Source: Trichoplax adhaerens
Taxonomy: Eukaryota; Animalia; Placozoa
Assembly (NCBI RefSeq): GCF_000150275.1
Contig: NW_002060977.1
Span: forward strand, 191,235 to 255,234
Length of the DNA stretch: 64,000 nt
Reading direction: 5' to 3'
A model generated the notes under the pieces. It saw only the letters and a list, made by a program, of their open reading frames with translations, did no database searches and had not been told where the DNA came from. The position numbers and the translations under genes were made by a program. This document shows positions 55,701-64,000 of this stretch, in pieces (positions within the stretch are counted from its first letter, which is position 1; each line of letters opens with the position of its first letter).

Positions 55701-58700
55701 CAATAATATTAATAGTATCAGCAGTATTGCTTTTGCCACGGATTTTAACCTGAAAACACTGTAAGTTGGTGTTAGAAGATTTACAATAAAATTAAACAAA
55801 ATTTTTCTAAAAAGTTAAGGCTTATACGTACAATTATAGGATAGACTATACATAGATTGATGGTTTTCGATTTAAAGGAATCAATTTGATCATTGAAAGG
55901 CAGTAATTAGAACCTTTTTCGTGGCCTATAAAAATAATATTGTTTCATTTCTGAAATATTCCAGTGTAATGTCTTACAACAATTTTACAAGCATTAGCTT
56001 CGGACTTCTTGAAAATTTAGCTACGATGACAGATCTGTAAGAACATATCATATTATACGATGTAACAATTGATAGCTATTTCAAATTTTAATTTAAATCC
56101 TACTAATGTCGTGATAAAAAAATTTAATTCATATTCTATATTTGTAATCCATTGCAATAAAAACTGATAGTAGATGTTTCGATTTCATTTTTAGTAATTA
56201 TGATAGCAATAACTTGGATTCAATATATCCAGAAGATTTATCTTATTTGCGTAGCGTCCAAAAAATGTAAATAAATGTTACTAGCATAATCATAAATCAG
56301 CTATACAGCATGAAAAAGTATTTTATTTTGTACACAAGTACAATATTGTATACCGATGATAAATAATTTATAAATTGAAGAACTTGCAGAGTGTATAAAT
56401 CGTTAAATTTAATTTATTCGCGTTTGCCATAGTATAACCGTAAGCTGATATTTTTTTATTAAATTAGTTCTTTAGCCGAGAATAGATTAGCACTTCTATT
56501 TCACAATACCTTTCATGATCTTAACAATTTGGAAGAAATGTAAGTAAACCCTCAAGTTAGTTTAAAGTTGACAAAATATAATATAAGAAAACTCTTATCA
56601 TTCATAGAATTACGAATTACATATAAATTTTGATTGCAAATTTAATAAAGTTTAGCCTTATATTTTAAAAATGTATGAATTAGGTATTGAGCTATTGAAC
56701 GATTAATTTCTTTTTTATTATCATAATTATGATTTTTCGATATGTATATATATATATATATACAATATTAGATACTTACAAAACAATGAAATTGAGGTGA
56801 TCGAGGATGGAGCATTTCATAATTTGCAGAAATTATCGATATTGTAAGCAATTTCTAGGGATCGTTCTATTTTAAACGCTCTTATGGTATTACATAGAAA
56901 CTGAAATTTTAATGATGATGAAGTTGCCTTTGTATGAAATTCTTATTCCATACAGTGATTGTTACAAATTGAAACTTGTAACGAGGAATAGTTAAAGTAT
57001 TTTAGAAATTATACTAGGAGTCTACTGTCAGGTCTGTCTTCCCTGACCGTAACCTGCAGTACGACTCTAAATACTAACGAACTCCTATCAAATATCATTT
57101 TTACGTTATAATGTAAATCAGTTTTAGTAGAATTAAAAAAATCGAATGACAATTCTTCAAAATCATAAGCTAGCTATTTCATACTAAGAAGGGATTCATA
57201 CAAGTCTGATAACCGAGTTCTGAATTTTGTTTAAGTATAATGTGCTGTCTAGCATACGTTCCCCTTCATTTTAACGGGTAATTGATCAGTAGTCATAATT
57301 ATTCGTGACGCACATCTCTCTATTACAAACTTGACGTAGGAATAAGTAAAGCGCTTCATTCTTTTCTAATTTTGCACATGGCGAATTTTCTAATCTTAAG
57401 GAAATTTATCCTTTTTTAAATGATCTGACATCTGACTGGCTGTGTATTGTAATAGTTTACGTACTATTGCGTGTATATTAACATTTGAAATAATGCGCTA
57501 GAAATGTTCCCTGATAGATCATGCTCGGCATGTGAATAAATTTCTAATCTCGGCACAGAATACAGGCGACGAATAATACTGAAAAAGTTCGCAATAATGT
57601 ATTAGAACATATAACACATCTGTAGTTACTAAGCGAGTCAGTTGGCGCTTATAGACGGCTGCTAAAGTATGAATTGTTGCCTAGTCTGTAAATAAATCCG
57701 CATGTAAACTATAAGATTTTATTGAAATTTAATTGATATATCATTGTAAATTAATGGCAATTTACTGAATCTTAGTTAGCATGTTTCCTTACTCGAATTG
57801 TTCCCGTTTACGTGTATAGAGACCGACTTCTTCGTAAACAACTCTAGTCCATTGACTGTCCTTTACTAAGATATTATTTTTCAACTACAATATTCCTAAC
57901 ATAGCTGTTCCATTAGTAAATATTTTTACTTTTAATCAACTGCTCATATTTGTTCTTAATCTTAATTTACGAAAAGTTATGCTCATTTTAACTATTTTGA
58001 ACTAGAAATTACTAATCGTTTTATTTTCTACGGATAGCAATCACCTTTACCAAATATATTACAACCAGCTATAATAATAATTGCAATAATGCATTAAACA
58101 TCATAGCTAACAATGCAGTTTTAGATTTCACTATTTTGCAATAACTTAAAAGATATTTAAATATTGAGGTAACACCGTACCATAAATGCAGAAGTATTTT
58201 TTATTGATAAATGAATTCATGTAAAATATTCTTTCATGAATTAGCTTAAGCAGGCTGATTAATTTGAATCATGAATAGGATCTACGAAATCGAGACATAC
58301 TCTTCGTAGGATGTTATTTTCTGTATCTAATAGCATATGATACCGTACAGTATTCTAACATAACAGCTATTTCTAACTCTATATTCTCTACCGAAGTGTA
58401 CAGTACATAAACAATAGACTTATTTTTCGACAATAATATGCATTACTAACGGACCAATTGCCAAATTATAATGTTCAGTTGTAAAGATCTAATGATTACG
58501 ATAACACGAAAATATTATTACACAGTAATTATATTTGTAATTCTATTAATGTCTGAATTACTAGCTTATTACTTAATATTGGTAACATATGAAAACTGTT
58601 TGGTATTTATATTTTAAAAAAGCAATTGTTGATTAGGATAGATCGATTGAACGTACAATATTAATAAAATTGATCTCTTTCATATTAGGAAATTAAGTCG

Positions 58701-61700
58701 CAATATCATTGCTGAGATCAGTTTACCGTTTTGGTCTTTGCCTAACTTGCGAAAGCTGTAAGTCTAATAATCATAATAAGTGCCCATCCTAAATTCTGGC
58801 AATTATACTACAGAAAAAATTAGGTTTAAGCTTTGCAATTTGCTAAGCTAAGAAATTGTCATAATTAATACATACAGTTCGTTTTTCGGTTATTCCTTAA
58901 ATAGCTATAACTTGAGAGTATTCCCCTTTAAAATAGTTCTATAAATTTTATAGATTAATGTCCTCTAATACGGCTTTGCTTGGAGAATTATTATTTGCGA
59001 TGTTAATTAGAGTTCTAACTGCTAAATTTGGTAACTTTGACTCAGTTCATTCATAATTTCTTAGTCCATGATTCTGCCATCTACTAGAAATATCTTCTAA
59101 TAACTAATCAATAAGACAGCAATACAGTAATAAAGTAGAGAAAAACTACAAAATAAAACCTTAGAACAGACCGATATACCATTTGAGTTCTTACTTAATG
59201 ATATAAAACAGTGTTAGTGTCTGATTAAGGGAATTGCTGGTACTCCGAGTATTAGAGCTAATATATGGATTAGACATGTCCAACTAGGTTTACTCTAGAA
59301 ACTTAGGTATTTAATTTGTTTGATTCTTATAATTAAAGAATTGTAAATAAGTCGTAGAGCGACGAAGTATGAAATTTATATATAGTTTATAGAAACTAGC
59401 TTTTTTAAGCTGTATTTCCCTCGTGCAAAGAAAAGAGCTTGCCAAATATTAATTGTTATTCTTTTATCATTGCTAATCTATGTATTTCGGCAGGTTTTTG
59501 GATCAAAATGCAATTATTTATAGTGACATTGTCAACGGTACTTTTCAGAATCTTACTGGTTTGGAACTATTGTAAGACCTAGTTAAAATTATATAAATAG
59601 CTTTTTAATTGCTTATGTTTTATTGCTTGCTTACAATTGTTTTATAAAAATCAATCTAAAGTTCAACTAAATTTAGAATATCAAAGCTAAATTTTACGTT
59701 ATAAAACCACAAAGCATATCAGCAAGGAAACGCAAAATATTGCTATACCAGAATTGGTAGAATTTCTTTTAAATTTATTCATCATCATTAGTTTTATGTG
59801 GATTATCGCCAAATGCTATAACAGAGAGTCGGTGTTAAGCGTCTTTATGGTTTTATCAGTCAGCCAATCAGCTTATACGAAAAATTTAAGCTTGAAAAGA
59901 TATGTAAAATTATTACTTTCCTGAACAGTTTTGCCTAGGATAAAATCCTGCATTTATTATGTTTAGAGATTAATCAAGTTTAAAATAGTATTTTAGATTA
60001 TGGTACATTCTTTACCTATAAATATGAAATTTGGTTTATCAGGCTTCATTCTAACGAGCCTGATGACTGAAGAGTAATCTATATTACACGTGAGAAGAAT
60101 TAAAAATATTTATAAGATTTTTCGACTGTAAAGCATTTACGAAAGGACATTAATTTCTTCGTTTTTCTTACAGATATCTTGCTACAATTACTGTACTATT
60201 GCAACATTACTAGTCTTTTTAGGCTGATTCTTGCTTTACAAATTTTTTTCGGTGTTTTCGATATTCAATTGAGAATATGAGATCTAAAGTAGTATCTAGT
60301 TTAAATCAAACGATAAATGCACATACTGCTTGCATTTATATTCTCATTATTAAGATAAAAGCTAGTAAACTGATCCACACTGTGATGGAGGGTTCGATAT
60401 CTCAGAGGATTGAGATTTAGTCGCCATTTAAAATTATTACAACAAAGGGTTTATAAAAGTTATGCTTTATTGTAGGTTAGTAATGTGAAGTACAGTGAGG
60501 TAGTTACGGTAGACCAGCGTGCAAGCTGTCGTGAGTAACGAGTAGAAGTATTAGGCTGTGAGAGACTAACTAGAAGACTAACTGAGAGGCTAATGAACTC
60601 TGAGGTAGAAATCGCCAGTATTTATAGTTTTAAAGATAGAGCACATGCAGAGAATAGGATTGTGGAATTAGATACAACATTGTCACAAACTTATGTTGCG
60701 AACTACTACACTAAACTAATAGATTACTTATGCCTTGCTCCACTACACCTGGAGATCTACTGTATGGTAGTTCTTTACTACTTTCGGTCACACAGGGATA
60801 AGACTGTTCTAAAAGATTAGTATAGTTTTTATTAGTAGAGTAGCCGAGTACCTTCTCGTACACGATCTAATAAGGAACTCAGGAACTGAGCATTCGCTCA
60901 TCCTTTTATACCATTCCACTAAATTTATGGTGCACACATAGTAACTTGACAATATAAGATTTACATGATTTGTATACGCGATAATCGCACGATAAATGCA
61001 TGATAATCGCGCGTACGTGGCGGGTGCTAACGTATCGCCATTATTAATATCTACTGTATATAGGCTCTACTAATTAATTGCAAATACAAATTTGCCTTTT
61101 GTCGTCTAGCAATCTAGACATTAATATTCTTAATTTCAATTACGCTTACCAATATGATCCATTAGCTAAATACTGACAAAATCTATTTAATTAGCAAGTA
61201 CGGTGCTTTGCTCCGTAACAAACATATACCATAACAGGTTACAAAATAGCAGATGATTGTAGAAAACAGCGAGTACCGTAATAACTAAATACAGTAGTCT
61301 ATATATGAATGTAGAGTAAGCGGACTCTAGATCTGTCTAAATATAAAAGCAATACAACATGTCTATATTTAAGGGTAGAATATAGTTACAGTATATTCTA
61401 AATACACTACACACACGATCACTTCAATTTAACTCTTGAGAGAAGTATAGACCTAAAGCCTTCTATAGTATGTTAATGACGAAGAATTGCGATACCCGAT
61501 AGTCAATTTTACAAAGGTACAATTTTAAATTATAATGTTAAGTAAGATCTGTCATGCATCGCAATATTGAAGAAAAATTACCGTGTTTTCAAATTTAAAT
61601 ATTACTTGAATTGCAACAGAAAGTGAAATAGTTACCTAAATTGATCTATTTCGAAATAAGGCATCATATTCTTTGCAGAGATTTAAGAGGAAATTATATC

Positions 61701-63355
61701 TCCACGCTGGGCAATCGGAGCTTTCAGGGACTAGGAAATTTAAAATATTTGTAAGTGCATTAAAAAACATACAGCTTACTGTATCTTATTTATTATAGCA
61801 AAATCAGACCTAGTATTCTACCAATAGGTTTAAGTTTAGAAAACTTGCATACATATTGGATCAATAACAATAATTGAACGATCAAAATATTAATTTTCTT
61901 AACTGTCTCATGGCTTATAAAAAATTACAATTATTTATCTGTATGGTTTCAACCTAAAATATTGGAAGGCGTCTCGCTGATAACATCATAATGACGATCG
62001 AGCCGGGAACATTTCAAGATTTGTCCAGCTTAGTATTTCTGTAAGGCTATTACAAATATGTTTATTATCATCTTGAATATAAACTGTGTCACAAAATTAT
62101 CCTATGCAAGCTTTTAACACTCAAAGATTTCATTTTTAGGCTATTTCAAATGCAATTATAGTGAATATGCAATAATTTAAATTTTATATAATAAAATGTT
62201 GATAATATTAAAGTTTATGAAATCTTAACTAACGCTGTAATTTTGTTATTTAATATTATACTTAATTTTGTAGTGGACTTAAGCAAAATTTTATAGCGGA
62301 AGTGACTGATCAAAGCATAACAGGATTAAGCAATTTGCAACATTTGTTAGTAAAATGCGTTTAGGTTTTATATGCTATATCTAGTAGAAAATAAATATTT
62401 TGATTGCATGAAGCGAGTACTGTTATAAAATAATGTTAAAATGCTGCACGAATATGTGCAACTAGATAGACACAAATACTTTACGGTATCCTGGAATTTT
62501 ATTATTACACTAATGTTTCAGTTCGAACTATTATGAAAGTAAACTATTTTTAATGTATCAGATAACAGGAATACTGATTTATTTAAAGAAAAAGTTAACA
62601 ATAGGGTTCAATATTTGTCAAAATTTCTTAATCTGATAATAGTAATAACAGTTAGCGGTTTTGGCTCTTAGCTTAATTTATCTCAATTTTTGTAGACTAA
62701 TTATAAAATATAGAATATAATTGACGTATTACAAATATGATTTAGAGATTTAGCCTCTAATTCAGTATCATACGTGGCTTTGACCAGCTATAATGGCCCG
62801 GCGAAATTACAAACTTTGTATGTCATACAATATGAAATGTTAAATAATGATTTGTTTAAATCTGGCTTAAAGAATCTATGACTGAACAAATTTGGAAATT
62901 CTAGTTTCTTACGCCTTAATGTTTTAGAAATAATGACATAATTCCTATATTATTCCTCAAGTTTATGTTGCAATAACTATGGTTTTAAAACGTTGATATC
63001 GGACTTTATTATGTTACAAAGGAAGCGTACAATTTTACAATGATTATATTTAATATTATTGAGAAATTCAGCGGCTGATATCATCATTTATTAATTCAGA
63101 AACTTGCGAAGTATGAACTTGTACAGCTTGGAAAATTTGAATGTTGATACTCTTTCCCAAGTAAAGGAAATGTAAGCATTCTGGTAGAAAAAATCATATA
63201 ATCCATGATTCCTCATAAAGTTTACATTTACAAAAAAGAATTAAGGAATTAGAAATGTTGAAGATTTAACTCGGTTTATTCAGTGATTTATATAGGAATA
63301 AAATAAGGAGACTGGAATGGTCATCTACTTTTGAATATATTGATATCGAAAAACT
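46744..63355 (+). CDS. Second LRR receptor gene (tandem paralog, probable LRR-GPCR), 5' part; continues beyond window (gene 2)
   Basis: Exons: 46744-46804 (signal peptide MALKIIIAGGFVLYLTFSIM, 61 nt like gene 1 exon 1), 50090-50213, LRR exons 51260-51325, 51524-51595, 52131-52202, 53130-53204, 53801-53872, 53957-54028, 55205-55276, 55689-55760, 55965-56036, 56195-56266, 56468-56539, 56772-56843, 58689-58757, 59494-59571, 61679-61750, 61969-62040, 62274-62345, 62746-62817, 63100-63171, 63284-63355. Collinear with gene 1 (same 69-nt then 78-nt exon pair; DLRGNYISTLGNRSFQGLGNLKYL vs DLSGNHIKKLANSSFCGLTNLKYL). The 7TM is not in the window. Confidence 0.85.
47553..47772. repeat. Degenerate tandem duplication, unit about 126 bp (gene 2 intron 1)
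   Basis: AAACGGC.TGATGC.G.TTTAA.TTGAAA...TTCCTT.AAA at 47553 and 47679. Confidence 0.65.
52227..52850 (+). mobile_element. Solo-LTR-like element, family A copy 4 (gene 2 intron 5)
   Basis: TGAGACAG...TTTTGTTACA; flanks CTTTT/GTTTT. Confidence 0.87.
56745..56762. repeat. (TA)n microsatellite just upstream of a gene 2 acceptor
   Basis: TATATATATATATATATA ends 9 nt before exon 56772. Confidence 0.7.
60381..61411. mobile_element. Solo-LTR-like element, family E (about 486 bp), split by the family D insertion
   Basis: TGTGATG...CACTACA with TSD CACAC (60376-60380 / 61412-61416). Single copy in the window. Confidence 0.65.
60681..61220 (-). mobile_element. Solo-LTR-like element, family D (gene 2 intron 16), nested in family E
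   Basis: TGTCACAAAC...CCGTAACA; perfect TSD AACAT; minus-strand TATAAAAG. Confidence 0.9.
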
Positions 63356-63504
63356 GTATGCAGCTCTAGCATAATTCCACTAATTTTAAGCAAACAAAAC
63401 ATTCCATCTTAATTAAATTAACCTTCTTTCTTAATATTTTAATACCATTTTTAATAATGTATTCTGTGATTTTAAACAACAATTTAGAAATTTTTTGTGG
63501 TTGT

Positions 63505-64000
63505 TATCACAAACTTATGTTGCGAACTACTACACTAAATTATTAGATTACTTATGCTTTGCTCCACTACACCTGGAGTTCTACTGTACGGTAGCTCTAT
63601 ACTACTTACGGTCTATCACAAACCAGCTTCGCGACAAGGATAAAGTAAAACAAATCTCTAAATTACTATAGTCTCCGGGATTCAGTATCCCTTAACTACC
63701 TCACAACAATTTAGACGCCTTTGATTCTACGTTAAACTCAACTGGACAATTGAGAACTACTTTATTCAATTATCTGACGGCATTACAGCACTGCATTTAA
63801 TTTACTGTAACACATTTATAATTAGAGTAATTCGTATTGTAAGTAACTAGTTGTAATATATTATCACTATATTATATTAACCAAATTTAGATAGCTATTT
63901 CTTCACGGTAGTTCGTACCGTGAAGACGGTCACACAGGGATAAGACTGTTCTACAAGATTAGTATAGTTTTTATTAATAGAGCAGCCGAGTACCTTCTCG
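63505..64000 (-). mobile_element. Family D LTR copy 2 (interrupted by B; runs off window)
   Basis: Matches 60681 onward in the same orientation. Confidence 0.85.
63614..63926 (-). mobile_element. Internally deleted family B LTR nested in a family D LTR
   Basis: Matches 12459-12894 with about 125 bp missing; TSD CGGTC on both sides; family D sequence resumes exactly after it. Confidence 0.85.

Overview
AT-rich, intron-dense eukaryotic (animal) genomic DNA with canonical GT-AG introns. Composition, intron sizes and gene content suggest a placozoan such as Trichoplax, but this is inference only. Three spliced genes were reconstructed by hand, all on the + strand. (1) A 5-exon MS4A/CD20-like four-TM protein (3385-6302). 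(2) A complete 42-exon giant LRR-containing GPCR (11263-40642, about 1438 aa): signal peptide, Cys-rich N-cap, 39 one-repeat-per-exon phase-2 LRR exons, and a single-exon hinge+7TM of RXFP/GRL101-like type with no LDLa module. (3) A tandem, exon-collinear but highly diverged paralog starting at 46744 and running off the window (22 exons seen). The ORF track misses nearly all of this because the LRR exons are 60-120 nt. Introns and intergenic DNA carry about 18 solo-LTR-like elements of at least 8 families (TGT...ACA ends, 4-5 bp target-site duplications, often TATA plus AATAAA), several nested in one another. The most notable arrangement is near-identical LTR copies in direct and inverted orientation inside phase-2 introns of the LRR arrays. 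These could add, delete, swap, skip or circularise LRR cassettes in frame. That mechanism is a hypothesis, not something the sequence demonstrates.
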